A stretch of 61,814 nt of DNA, filler included, from Sphacelaria rigidula (GCA_964200075.2; 7 parts of 7 records of this genome joined end to end with filler, not necessarily neighbours in it); one strand, 5' to 3'; counted from the whole stretch's first letter, positions 47,087-60,709 are shown. Notes: generated from the letters alone by a model not told the origin. Translations and numbers: made by a program.

Positions 47087-50000
47087 CTGTTGCGTGGAAA
47101 ATTGTGACGCGAGGCAAGAGTCGAGGGGTGAAGCGAGGAGTGTGAATGTCAAGAACAGTTTGCACGCCTGGCGCCACCGGTGACGAGCAACATTGAGGGT
47201 AAAAGGACGAAGAATCTACACATCGGGTCCCGGAGTCCAGAGATGGGCCTCGAGCATATGTACGTCAACATTCCTTGTGTCCGTGTTTGAATTTCGCCGC
47301 CACTGTTAGACCGCGACACAAGAACGTTTCGATAGTTCACAGGTGAGCGAAATACAACTGAGGTAATCATGACTATGCGAGTCATCTACTAGACTGCAAG
47401 TACTTCTTTGTAGACATGTAGCAACAAATCGTGCCAATCGAGGTTCAACTCCGAAATGAGGTTAAGCCTAAAACACTGCTTTCCCCACACCTTCAGCGAT
47501 GGTGCCCAATGACGTTTTTGTCGGCCTAATGCCCCTCGATCGCGTCGATACTTGTTCAGCGCATTTCACCCACTCTGTGAGTTTACAGCGCTGACCGAAC
47601 CGTCATTTCCCCCCCGTTCGAGGGTGAAAGTGAGGGACATGCCGCGGATTCTGGTACTTATTCTTATACATGCGCCAAGCATGCACATGATGAAACAGTC
47701 ACTACCGTCCCTTGCCGTTGTACCGAGCGACGTGCCGACTCCGTCAGAAGTGCAGTACGTACCGATGTTCACTTTCATGCTCAACAACAGGGGGCAGCGA
47801 AATTATAAACTAAGGACACGTAGGCCCCAAGATCGAAAATTCGAGTTTTTGAGGCGGGGGGACACTCAGCCGTGTGTCCCCCGTTTGTGCCGAACCATTG
47901 ACGGATGCGGTCAGCTGCCGTAGACAGTAAAGATCATTCTACATGTTGTACTACATGCCATATAATTTAGACATACAATATAGACCGATGTATTATGAAG
48001 TTTCTTTTCATGTACTATATTCCATATATTATATACGGCATAGTAATGGTATTCAACTATATAATTTACATATTTTACAGATGTTTTTTATATAAAGGAG
48101 TAGAGGCAGATATACACCACGCGAAGCCTACCAAATGTTGATTGATCTATTTCCTGCAACAAGAATTCGACAGAATTAAAAAAAAAAAACAGAACAATTT
48201 CAATTGTCCAAAAAGTACCCTCCGGCATCCGAGGTCATCGGGACAAGACGGGAAAGAGCAGAAGCAGCTACACGAACCCCGCCCAGTCCACCAGACCCTT
48301 CGGTTTTTGTCAGCGTTCATTGATCAATTCTTTGTAACAAAATCAACAGAAAAAATCAAACAAGTGGTCATTGATGAATTCTTTTCGGTAGTTAAGAAAA
48401 CATCGAAAAAATGCCCGCCGGGAGGGGCAGGGGGGGGGGGGGCATGGTGTCGGAAATTTTTCTCCGCGCTGCCCCCCGCCAACAACGACATCTTTGATGA
48501 AAAACAGCTTAGGGTAGTGAACGGGTCTCCGAACACTACACTTCGCATCGCAACACCACAGGAGTCTAGCCCACCCTTGAGTCTCGACTTTGCTCCGAGG
48601 TTTCGCGAACGACCTCTTGGCAAAAATGCGGCTGAAGGAAAATGCGGTTCTTAGGACAAACTGGCTGAAAATGGGTCCTCACGCAGGTATTTTCGTATCA
48701 CTGCCATAAAGCAGTCTAGCCGAGCCTCGGGACAAGGTATGATACAAAGTGTCCAAAATGTGTATTGGCGATGTTCCCGGTCGCGGCTGCGCCGTCACCA
48801 CGTGGAGCCTGTAGTGGCGGGATACGATACACTAGCTGGCGCCGTTAGTATTCAGCTCGTTGGTCGCCAGGGTGGATCATCTGCACCTCGCCGTCGTAAG
48901 TGGGTTCTCGAGCGCATGTGATACCTCGACAGCCGAACATGCCGCCGGTTAAGGGGTTGAGACACGAGGCCATCAGCACACCCTCATCACCAAATTATTC
49001 GAAAGAGGCCAGGAAGGCTCATCATCCCGAGTTTCGTGCTTCGCGGCTCAACGCCGAGATTGACAGACCTAGAGAAGTGACTTCGGGCTGACTGTACATA
49101 CTGACGTTCACATTGCAAGCCACAATATGTACTTTTGGTAGGTACACTAGGGGAAGCGCACACGCGTCAGAGCTGCGGATGAATGATCACCTGGGGTGTA
49201 GGAGTCGAGCCTCGCTTCGCGAACCGAATCGAGAAAAATCGTCTTTTTAAGTTACGGTACACGACACTACCCACGTATTTCCGAGTATAGCTTGCACTGC
49301 AGCACCCCTGTGATAAGTTCTGTCCGATCCGAGAAAACAAGGCAGCTTCGATTTTCAGGGCGGAGGAGGCTATATGATCAAACCAGCCCCCCGAGCGCGT
49401 ACCCGCTCTCATCATGAAACATGCTCGGCGCGAGAACCAGACTCAAATGCTGGGTAACGTATGATACCTCAAGCATGATACATGATACTATCCGCACTGA
49501 ATTGTACTGTCGTCTGTGCCGGTACGCATCACAGCTTTTGGTCAAGGCATGATCTGATGAAGCTTGGATCCATGCATAATGCTTACAACTTCGGCTGGCT
49601 TGTCTGTGGATGAAAGAAGTTCAGGCATCGCTACAGAGCGAAAGAGGAGGGAGAAAACCAGAGAGAGGCGCAAGAGAAGCAGGAGTGACCACAGAACTGA
49701 TGACCAACTTGAAACACCACCTCGTCCGTTTCGCAGGCACCGGGTCAAGCCTTTAAGCCTCCGTTTCGCGAAAAATTGTTCCATTGCTGATACTGAGCAA
49801 CCCCTTACATTCTTCGTATGATAGTCTTCCTGTTGCATCCCAACTATATACTACATCAACAACACCATTTTGTCTGCGCGGGTGCGCTAAACGGGACATG
49901 TGGCGAGAATTTTCATCGCAGTGCTCCTGCTACGTCTGCTTCTGCTTTCTACACGACCCAAGCTCACGGGCGTATAGGTGGATGTCCATTTGATGGAGAG

Positions 50001-50140
50001 GTGCATACAGACAGGATTGTCATGTATCTGCATACCCCCGGCAACTTCATGATGTAATCCGACCCCTGGGGTCCAGATATTTGAAAGCCGGTCAATATAC
50101 AAGACCAATGCAAACCATGTCATGTCCTCCCGACACTCAC

Positions 50141-50289
50141 CCATTCACGTCAAGGTTCGCCTCCTCCACTAGACTACGCAAGTCTTGATCCATCTCCACT
50201 TCGGGAGCAGCGATGCCGGCAGGTGTCGCGCTGATGTCCGCGGCAACGAACAAGATCATAGCTATGACGGCGGATCGCACAGACGCCAT
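50141..50289 (-). CDS. First exon of the small secreted protein (MASVRSAVIAMILFVAADISATPAGIAAPEVEMDQDLRSLVEEANLDVNG)
   Basis: ATG followed by a signal-peptide-like hydrophobic stretch. The strong donor GG|gtgagt is phase 2 and matches the exon at 47086. Confidence 0.68.
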
Positions 50290-52970
50290 GATTGCTGGTG
50301 TCCTGCTGCTGAACGAGCTTGACGGTATCGCCGAGGATATGTACGTGAGCGTTGCAGCGTACAATACACCTCCGATGTTATTCTTCAGCTCGTTAGCTTT
50401 CGACAGAGGTGAGTCGGCGGAGAGTGATGTTGTGTGGGTGGGAGGGTGTGGGGTGCGGGCACAGATAATTCGACCCGACGGCTGCGGTCGCCTGTGCACA
50501 CCACATTAGCCCTGTCTGTAGAATCGCTGGTCCCACCAACAGAAGCGGTGCCAATATCGGATAAATTTCGGATTTTTCTTGTCAAGATCCATACAGGATC
50601 CACGTTGGAAACATTTTTGAAAACACTCAGTTTTAGTATAGGGCGAATCAAAACTTTCGTCGCGTGCCAGTGGGAATCAGTCCTTCAGACACGCCTCCTT
50701 GTTTTGTGGTAACAGCTCGACAAGCCGAACACCGAGGAAATTCCTCTGAACGAACTTGGGATTTTCTTGTGTTGCTTTTTGCAACTGCGAGCAATATTTA
50801 TTCAGCGTGGAAACTCGGGAACACAAGCTCCTGCCGAGATGTGTGGATCACGAGTGAACGCGAGAACCCAAGGATTCTTCCGTCGGCCGGTGTACCCGGC
50901 GGAACCGCCAACATCACAGGGGACAATTTCGACGGGTCACAAGCAACATACATTCACGTCATGTTGACTTTCTGTAGCTTCATTTGTATGCTCTCGTCGT
51001 ATTGATCGAATAAGATCTGGGAAATGAAGAACAACCGGACAGATCGATGGGCGGAAATGTCGACAAACATGCTTCTGTATTTGAAAAGATGTGGGTATAT
51101 ACATAAGAAAACTACACAAAACATGCTCCAATTATGGCCAGCTCTCCAAAGATCCAAGCGGATGTTAATTCTACAGGCATTTTCGGGCAAAAAGCGTGCT
51201 AACTCGTGCTGACTCTATCCCCAAACCAAAGTATATACCGAAAACCACTCTCGAGCAAGAGGGACGGAAGATGTGCCCTAACTAGAAGTGTATGTCCTGG
51301 CAGAGCTCAGGCCATAGAGTTTGGCGACCAACTTCCACAGACTGCTGTTGAGTTCCATTGTCCAGACTGAAACAAATTATTCTTCTAATATAGATTCGGT
51401 GAGTCGGGTTCGCGAGAACTCTACAGGCGACGCATTTTCCGTACCCCAGTATTACTGCGAGAACTGCCGAGTTTCGTTCCACGTAGTTTTACAATTACAG
51501 TTAGGAAGAGCAGGTACAGATGGTGACGCTCCCCAACCGGTTACCGCGTCGACTGGACTTTTTGAATGCATATGCACCAAAGACGACTGACTGCGTGTTA
51601 TATATGTTCCTGTTGTGGCCTGCGACCCATGCACCTCCCGTTTCTTACAGGATATTGTAGGATCTATGAAAGACAGGTTGTGAGAGTATAGTGGTGGTAG
51701 TGATAGCAGCGGTAGTAGTAGTAGTGGCAGAAATAGTGTAGAAGAAGGAGGTTGGGGTCACAGTAGTCTGTCTCACGGGGGTAGGTTTTGGCGCGACGCC
51801 ACGATGGAGTTTGGGTGAGAAAGTGACGTGTCTTTGCGTCAAAATATCAAAAATATCGAAACACTGAGTGAGCACCCTCCCCCCCATTCCCCTCCCCCGT
51901 CCCCCCGTCCACACAGCAAATCCAGAAAAAAATAAAACTTCCAGCGAAAGATTCAGGGGAATTCATCATCACGCCGTTGATCATATATTATATTCCTTCG
52001 GGAAATAGTCTATTTCATTTGACGTCCAGACAGTACAGTAGTGCATGACTCCTGGTTTCACTGTATGGAGTGCCTCATTTGGGCGGGATTTACGGAAACG
52101 ACCTCGCCCGGTGGCTCAGTTGGCAACCTAATTGCCAAACCAAGTACTCAGGAAATCTGCTGATGTACATTCGACAGTCCCTCCGCTCAAGCGGGCCGAG
52201 GAGGATATCGTCAGCGGTTGACCAAGCAGAATTGGTAAAGCTGTGAACTGGCTGCTCTGGCCAGTTAGGTTTAAACTGGGCGCTGGCCGCTGGTGCGACC
52301 AGTACATCGGCGGCGCGCTGCGAAGCCGATGAACTGGAAAACAATCGGCGACGCAAGGCGAGAAAAATTGCGATATTTGGCTTGTTTTTCCTTCGAAAAT
52401 GTGGAAAATTATACAAAATGTGACCCCTCACATTGACGAGCTAGAAGTCTTGGATGATACAGGAGTGCCCGACAAAAAAAACTCCGAGATCCTATGTACC
52501 CCCCCCCCCCTGCGGCGGTCGTGGGATTATTTTTCTTCACATGAAGAAACACTAAATAAAATAGCCATTTGGGGGCGACTTGGGTGAGGTAGCGCCCATG
52601 ATTGTTGGCCCTATCTGCCACCACAAGATTCGACGCACATTGGACGCAAATTGACGGTGCAGATAGTTGCGTCTAGCTTGATTGAGCAAGCATTGCACAG
52701 CATCGTGGTATCTATTCGGTCTTGTTCTTGTTGTGAAAGTGTGATGTGCAATGTATTGCCGAAACCCATAAATGTAACTTGGCCTTACTTGGCGCCGAAG
52801 GTGGGCGAAGAATTAAAGCTTCATGAACACGGTGTAATTTTTTTATATACTACGAGTAACTATTTTATTTTTCTTATCTTCTTGTTTTTTATTGTGTGTA
52901 TAAGATTTAGTATCTTCCTTCCGCCCGCTGCTGCCGTTGTGGAGGCGTAGGAGTTAGGAGATGAGTAGAG

Positions 52971-53070
52971 NNNNNNNNNNNNNNNNNNNNNNNNNNNNNN
53001 NNNNNNNNNNNNNNTTAATTAATTAANNNNNNNNNNNNNNNNNNNNNNNNNNNNNNNNNNNNNNNNNNNN
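52971..53070. other. Artificial contig linker
   Basis: N44-TTAATTAATTAA-N44. Confidence 0.98.
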
Positions 53071-53566
53071 TGTTCGGCCCGAAGCCTACTGATTATCTTG
53101 CATTTGGATGACAGCCAACAATGAGTTGCTTTATCCTGTGGTATCGCCACTTCAAGAGACACTCACAGCTATTACACTGCCCTATGGGTGTAGAAGGGGT
53201 GGGGGGCGTGGGGGGAGGGGGAGAAGGGCCTTGTATATTTTGTCGAGTGCGAGCCGGCCAAATGCATGCACAGAACATGATCCCCTTGATTGTTCACTAT
53301 GACGGATGAGAGGTGCCACCTCAGAGCTTACAATATACACCGCAGAAGAGACATGACCCCATTGTCCCACTTATGGCTCGGTAAAAGGAAAGGGAGAAAC
53401 GGAAAAAAGGGGGGAAAGAGGGAAAAAAAAAGAGGGGGGGGGGGGGGGGGGGCGAGCACCAACAGGGGCGGGGGGGGGGGGCGGGCGGGGGCGGGGGGGG
53501 GCCGGGACNNNNNNNNNNGGAGAGTGAAAAGGGGGAAGGGGAGGGGAGAGAGGGGGGGGGAGGGGA

Positions 53567-53597
<31 letters not shown>

Positions 53598-53611
53598 CGT
53601 ATCAACCACAC

Positions 53612-53818
53612 CTTGATGCGTAGACGTGGACACGCCTGTGCGATTTCCATATACCAGCGAGCCAAGTACCAGGACGGGGCCACGACGAGCTGCGGAGGGG
53701 GCGCGAGCAACCCAGGGCGAGGACGAACCTCACGCTTCCCCTTATCGACACCTGCTGATGATGCTGACGCCGAATCTGGTGCCGATTTTCCACTCGAGCC
53801 GCCTTGGGAAAGCGACTC
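53612..53818 (-). CDS. SNF2-family ATPase exon with motif Ia (…PQLVVAPSWYLARWYMEIAQACPRLRIK)
   Basis: 207 nt, phase 0-0, ttcgcag and gtgtgg boundaries. Matches the SNF2 pattern P-x-L-V-V-x-P...L-x-x-W-x-x-E-I...P-x-L. Confidence 0.8.
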
Positions 53819-55189
53819 CTGCGAAATGGCGAAAAAGAGAGAATGGGGGAGGGCAGGGGTTGAGGCGGAAGCGCGCACAGTGGGAATGAAAAAGCACACG
53901 CGAGAGTATCACAGACGGACGCGATTGAGTACATCAATCGTTCCAAGTTCTAGAAAAATATTCAAACGGAAGAAAACACACGTCGAAGAAGGTTACGTGA
54001 CTCAACTGTTCCACATTCTGTCAAACACTTTCAAACCAACAGTCGACATTGGCGCGAAACGGGACAGAAATAAAATTACATAAACGTAGAAGAAGAAAAT
54101 GGCGGTGAATGTGAATGTCAATCGTTTCACCTGATGTTGAAAAAAAAAAAAATATGCGTTTCCCTCGGGAAAGAAAAATTATAACCTAAACACATATGCC
54201 AGATATCGAACCGAAGCCACTTCATACCCTGGATAATGACAATATATTACATTGTAAAAATGTACTGCCTACAGTATTGACCATTGCACCTATTGCGATA
54301 AACAATAGATTTCATACTGTACCCAGTACATTTCTCGACAATGTAATTTGTCATTATTCAGATTGTGACTCACTTTCGCTTTTTTCCCGCCGAAATTGGT
54401 TCACATTGTACCAGCTAGACCATCGGGGCGTGGCGGGACCTACAAGTGTGCCGATGCTGCAGGAGGATCGTCTTCTTCGTCGCCTTCTCTTTTCATATCC
54501 TTTTCCTTACAAGTTATATTTGTTTCTCCTTACGCTTAACTTGTTCCTCGTTTATATTCAACTTGCTTCGTGTGTTTCGCTATCTCGAGGTTCCGTTGGC
54601 GAGTGTTGGGTATGTATTGTATTATCTTTTGGTCGTGCTTGGATCCCCCGGGGATCAGTTAACCACACCCTGCAGAAAGGGGTCGTCCGTCCCGTTCAGC
54701 ATCCTTACTTCTAGCGGAGGTGAGAGGGATCGCTAGCACTGACCTGTGGTCTTTCGGTGGTACCACAGGAATGCGACCACCCACACGACCCCCCCTTAGC
54801 CGTTAGCATGTTAAAGCCCATATATGTATATGTCCAACCTGTCAAATGTTGGTGCCTCCATACCAGACTAGTTTCCAGATAGATAAAGTGAGAATTCCGA
54901 GCGGACAGAACGTGCTGTACATAATTTCTTTCACCTGCGTTCATGACAGTGGATGACATCGTCAAAAAGTGTACTGCGTACAGTATGGAATATGTTGTCA
55001 AGTGCAATAGACCCAATGGCGGACACTGCACGAAGTACACTTTTGACAACGTCATGTATTGTCATTGTCCAGGGCGTGCACTTAGCCAATCAATCAAATA
55101 AACAATCGATGAATGACAGGTTATGTGGTCAATAAGCTGCGATGGAAAAAATGTACTGCGTATTAAGGTATAGGCCTACTGTAACAAGT

Positions 55190-55460
55190 GCACACCCGGG
55201 ACAAGATATGGCCAACAGTTGCAATAGACAAGAAATGTACCGGACTCAGTATAGGCCTATTGCGCCTATTGTCGGCCGAAAATAGTTGCAAGAGGCCTAT
55301 AATTAATCCGGTACATTTTACATTTATTGCAACCGATGACAATATCTTGTCCAACGTGTGGACTATTGTCAATATGTGATCAATAGCTGCAATAGACCTC
55401 TACTTTACGCGGCGCAACTTTCTTCTATTGCAACTATTGATCGCATATTGTCCAGAGTGT
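55190..55460. repeat. Two adjacent degenerate palindromes (hairpin MITE relics) in an SNF2 intron
   Basis: gacaagatat...gtaccgga...tataggcct pairs with aggcctata...tccggtac...atatcttgtc. caatatgtgatcaatag.tgcaataga pairs with tctattgcaactattgatcgcatattg. Confidence 0.7.
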
Positions 55461-55756
55461 GAAACTTAATGGGGGCGGGGGGGGGGTGACATGCATCGTA
55501 TCGATGATCAAATCGTCATGTAGATTGGAGGTAGTACCTGGTAGAGGACCCTCTACTGTGCATCATCCCACACGGAAGACTAGGCAGTTTAGAATGACAG
55601 GCGCAAAATATCGTGTTTCCCAATGTACGGCCATGTGCCAACTCCTGAGCAATCCATACCGTCAAACTCTGTCCCCACGCACGCCAGATACCAGCCACCA
55701 TGGGGGATGGCTCAACATCAACACCACCACAATGTGGCTGTCTTTACATTAAAAGT

Positions 55757-55835
55757 CGTTCCGATATCTGCGTGATAAATCCGTGATGGGCATCTGATGC
55801 GGACGCCTTCCGTGGTCATAGGCTAGCTACCTGTA
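55757..55835. repeat. Short dispersed repeat
   Basis: cgttccgatatctg...tgggcatctgatgcg.acgccttccgt.gt..caggcta.ctacct also occurs at about 12920-12994. Confidence 0.75.
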
Positions 55836-58800
55836 ATGAGGTCTGAAGAAATCAAACAGCCATAATAGTAAACCCAAGCTTCTCTTGTCTTTTCTTGCGG
55901 AATTGATGCAGAAATTAAGAGAAAAAAACGTGACCAGTTCGTGGTAAACGCCTGGAAGACTTCCCTCACATTTTGATTGGCTGCTGATTTACCCCTTGGA
56001 CGCACCGCCGGCCCCGCTTGGCTCGCCGTTGCGGTCGCGATGCCTCCCTTCTGTATATCCGGTCATAGTCAAAGAAAAAATAGCCAACAAACCGAAACGG
56101 CGGGACAAACTTTTGTTACGCGTCATCTCATCACGCCTATGATATAATCGAAGAATCCTTCGAGGTGCGCATGAAATCTCACCCACGAGCTCCGAAGGGG
56201 CGACACACAAGCTCTGCTATAGAAAAAAAAAAAAAATCGACGGGGTAAGGGGATGTTTTCCTACGTATGAGTAAACACATACCTCATCCTACGGTCGAAT
56301 GGATGGACCTACCTGTATGAAGTTTCAATATACGAAGGTGCACCAACGGAGTAAGGGGGTGGTATCCCACATATGGGTAAATACACATATAATCCTGCGG
56401 TATAGTCGGTGGATCTGTATAAAATTCCAACAGCTCAAGATACACCCATTTAGCGTGATAGCATATCTGGGCAATTTCGGAATCAAGTTCGGTGTCACCT
56501 TGACGTGCGTGACCTACATGAAAGGGTCGCTTCCGTCCTTCACCCCTTCGGAAGAATCATCGTGCAGATGCGGATATAATAATCCCATTAATATTTTCTC
56601 GGTAGGTTGACTATAAAAATTCAATATCTTCAATTTCAGAATAGTTACGATTTCATTCTACCAAAAAAAAAGAAACAGGCGTGTTTTGATGAGTCAGCTC
56701 AGAGCTGCTTTTCAAGCCCTGTCTGGGTCAGAGAGATAAGCAGACGTAGCTTCAGACGGTACGTGCAAGAGCATCTAGGCACAGGGTGGCGAATAATAGT
56801 ACTGATTGTCTCGAGAGTCAAGTCGAGCTTTGCGTGTAACAACAGAGAGAGAGAGAAGGGTGTGGCGTGGATCCCCAGCTGGTGCAAGTACTCGGGATCT
56901 CCCGTGCGAAGCTACTTGACACCAGTGCCCGCTGAGGCCGGTGAAGGTATATTGTATACCTTCTGTGCGCGCCCCGACGATCTAAATTGAAATGATACAA
57001 ATGACACAATGATTCATAGATCCGAAAAACGCGGGTTCGATTCTCGCCAACTGTGCTTAGTTTGACTTTAATATCGACGTACGTAACTTCCGCCCTTAAA
57101 AGCATGAAAGCGTCAGGATATACGCAGTCTTACGACAAAAACTTAGAAAATAACAATTTATTCGGAACAGAATCCCACCTCTTTTCGCCGCAGTACGCAG
57201 TGGTGTACTGCACAAACCCGAATCCAGCAACATGAGGTGGTTGTCTGTAGTCTACATGACATGTGATCCAAGTTTCAGCACGTAAAAGCACTAACAGCGC
57301 TTGCACGGCCGTGTCTCCTGAAGTGAGCACCTCTACAGGCGATACCAAGATAGATACCGCGTAGATTGACATCATCCAGTGTGTGCGCAATACGGATCGG
57401 TGTGCTCGTTTCCCGGGGCAGGAGCCATTCAGCAGTAAGTGAGCGTATCTGCGTGTCAACATATGCATCCACTGACGTCTCACGCAGTCTGGGCCGAGGG
57501 GACCGCGTTTTGAGGGCGTATCGATGGTATTGCCCAAAATCCGTATTGTGCTTCGTGCGTCTAGCGCACCACGTAAAACGTGCCGCCGCTCCGGGAGTAT
57601 GCTGTCTGTGTTGTGGTCTACCTCTGTGCCAAGTTTCAGGCTTGTTAGAACAGACACTGCGGAGAAATCCACAAGCAAAATAACCCTTGAATTGTACTGA
57701 AAATACAGTACTAAACCATGTCCAACCGTCGAAAGAAACATGAGGTGCGTATGATTCTTGTCTGCGGGAATCTGGGCAGTTGGCTTGCTTCTTTTTTTTT
57801 TGGCAGAAGACTGATACGACAATATCAAATATGGTTTATTTTACCTGAGCTTATTTGACGACAGTCGACGCGGTAGGCGTGAGTGGTGATAGCCATCATC
57901 CAATCCGCGGTACGAAATTGCAAGGTCTGCACGCAAGCTTTACGGGGAGTGTGCTATTAATAATGATCTTACATGCCATAGTAATATGACCATTGACGGG
58001 GGAGAGATGGGCTGATCCTTTGAGCCACGGACCCGTCTCGAGGAAGGGGAGGGGAGAGGAGGTAGGGGTTGGCAGTGTGACGGGAAAAAAAGACAAGAGT
58101 ATGATACACAATATACATTGTTCTCCGTATTGATTATTGACTACTATATATGCACTTTTCATTTCTTCGGCTGTTTTGGCCGTTTGACTCATCAAGTACG
58201 CTTTCGACGCTGAGCATTTATGTGCCATACCTTCTACAGGTCCACCCACTGCATTTCCAAACAGGATTAAGTCACCATGTTACTCCTGTACTGATTTCAA
58301 GTGAGGAGAGTGTGTACGCATGATCTGGCATTCGGTAGTCATATGACCATTGACCTCGCATCCCTACAAAGCTGGGACGGAGCACGTCGGGTTTTCGACG
58401 GACCAGCCCCCCCATCAATCACCAAGTGCGAAGCGCCATGATGTGTCCGGGGAGTCGCATGAAGGATGAGCTGCATCCTGCTCAGATTGTTCCGCCCGAA
58501 GCGTATTTATTACCTTGCATATGGATGACAGCTTACAATGACTTTCTTCATTTCGGGTATCAGCACTCCCAGAGACAGCAATGAGTTACACACTGCCTCA
58601 TGGGTGTCTCACTAGTTCAACATACGTCGTACAATCATCCCCTTTGCGCGGAGTTCGGGTTCTCCCACGCCGCACAACATGATCTAGCTCGAGCACAATC
58701 ACGTCATCACGGTTACTGCGGGTAAAAAAAAGGGGGGGAGCGAAAAAAAACGGCAATCTGCTTGCCTAGCCGACGCAGTGGGCCGTGTGTTTTACAGCGT

Positions 58801-59382
58801 CGATGCCAACCGACGCGAATCCTCAAAAGGGGGAGGATGGCGGGGAGAGGGTAGTACCCTTTGTATTACATATCATAGTCATAAAGAGTATTCACCTAGC
58901 GGAAGGGAGGGGAAGGGGGGGGGGGGGGGGGCATTGGATTAATACTAGGCAAGAGGGATGAAGTGGGTGCATCAACGTTTGGGCTGATGTGCATCTGGTG
59001 CCTACATCACGGCACCTAGGTTAGTTGGGACACGCTCGGAGATTCAGGGAAGCTCATGGGGAATACTTCAGCTGTCGCGTGTTGTATCCTCCAATACGCA
59101 CTTCTTACGTTTTCTCTCCTCCCCCCCCCCCTCCTCGTCTGGGACAAGCACAAAAAAATGCCACAAAAAAATATCGCCTTCTTATGTTTTCTCTCTCCCC
59201 CCCCTTCCCCGCCCCCTTGTCTGGACAAGCACAAAAAATTGTCACTAAAAAGCAAAATCAAGAACAATGAAACCTAACGAATCAACCCACCCACCCACCC
59301 GGCGACTCACCAACCGTACGGTACGGTATGGTACCGTACCAAATCATACAGGACACACAAAAGCAATCAACACCGAACTCAC

Positions 59383-59502
59383 TTCGTTATCCTTCCCTTG
59401 AGCCTTCCCCTTGCCCTCGTGCTCCATAGCTCGAATGCGACCCCTCTCTATCGCTGCTCTACAAGCTGCCACAAGGGCCACGCTAGCCGCTGCGGTTACA
59501 GT
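59383..59502 (-). CDS. SNF2-family ATPase exon (TVTAAASVALVAACRAAIERGRIRAMEHEGKGKAQGKDNE)
   Basis: 120 nt, phase 0-0, ttccag and gtgagt boundaries. Supplies the T that completes Walker A GK|T. Not in the ORF track. Confidence 0.78.
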
Positions 59503-60530
59503 CTGGAATATGACACATATGGGGGAAGGAAGAGCAAGCGAGGACGAAAAAAGTGTCAGTTGTCATCCCCGCACAATATTTGATATGTGTAGACGTGTCA
59601 TACTCTCCCATAACTTCATCAAACCTTCCGTCTCGGATTTGTAGGGGTGCGAGGTCATTGGTCTTATGTCCACGGCATACAAGATCATGAACATTCCCCC
59701 TCCCAAAACCGCCCACTGCGAGGTGGCTCGGATATTGACTTTATGATGTCCTTCGATATTTGAGTCGCGACCTACTTCCGCTGCCTCTTTCTGTCTTGAT
59801 CTTCTGCGGTCTCCCCAACTCAAGCCCTGAGACAGGCCTGCTGTTTTTGTTTCTCGACCTTTTGGAGCCGGAGGTGTCCATTTGTGGCAATATTTTTACT
59901 TGAAAAAAAGACTGCAGATGGTGCTGATTCAACACGTGGACACCTCCGGCGGTCGTGGGGTACTGGTACAAAATTGTATGTTTCGGTATTTCGGTTTGCG
60001 ATTACCGCCGCCCCGGAGGTGTAAATGAAAATAGTACAATCGACACCATTAGGTCGGGTAAAAAATCTCGGGTTCAATCCCTACCAGATGCGCCTAGGTT
60101 GTGGAAAAATGGGTGGGGGAAAGAGGAGAAAGGAGAAAGCAAAACGCAGAAAAAAAGAAGGAGAAAAAGAAGAAAATAGGAAAAAGAATGAAAAAGAACG
60201 GGTATTTCACGGTCACATACCGTCACCGGTAGGACGTGCAGAGAGACACCAATCATATCCATGTATGGAACCGGTGCGATATATCGTATCGCATCATACT
60301 ATGTCGTATCGTATCATACCGTATCGTATCGTATCATATTGTTGATCACCGCCAAGTTGCCATCACCGGTTAAAAGAAATAACTGTAAAGCATGTAGCTG
60401 AATAATGCCCAAAAGTAAGACTCGGGCTTGCACCCTCACCTGGTGCCCAGAGGCGCAAACCACCAACGCAGTCGTGAACTTCTATCAACACTCAAGTCCA
60501 GTAAACAGACCAGATTGGACAATACCTCAC

Positions 60531-60709
60531 CTTCCCCGTTCCCGGCTCGTCCGAAAAAATTCCCCCCAAGCCCCTGCTCGCAAGAACCCTGAGCCACGCC
60601 AACGCCTGTGCTTGGTGCGGTAACAAGCGAATCGCCAAGCCCCACAATTCGGGCGCCTTCCCACGAGCGACATCTCGACATGAGAACTCCTCGTAATCAG
60701 TGTTGACTC
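60531..60709 (-). CDS. SNF2-family ATPase exon with Q motif and Walker A (…LLPHQAQALAWLRVLASRGLGGIFSDEPGTGK)
   Basis: Acceptor aaacag, donor gtgagg. Matches the SNF2 consensus L-x-P-H/Y-Q...W-L...G-G-I-L-A-D-E-M-G-L-G-K. Not in the ORF track. Confidence 0.87.

Noticed and set aside
53290..53633. Pro-rich or Gly-rich ORFs (also 17425-17647 and 60715-61113)
   Set aside because: They derive from low-quality poly-G/C tracts, some next to Ns.
57130..57828. 232-aa ORF as a gene
   Set aside because: No recognisable motif, and it lies between SNF2 exons. I cannot exclude a hidden exon, but there is no support.
12770..60709. Functional cluster of ankyrin, RAD1, SPRY, CBS and SNF2 genes
   Set aside because: The genes lie on different, arbitrarily joined contigs. 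Only SPRY and CBS are truly linked.
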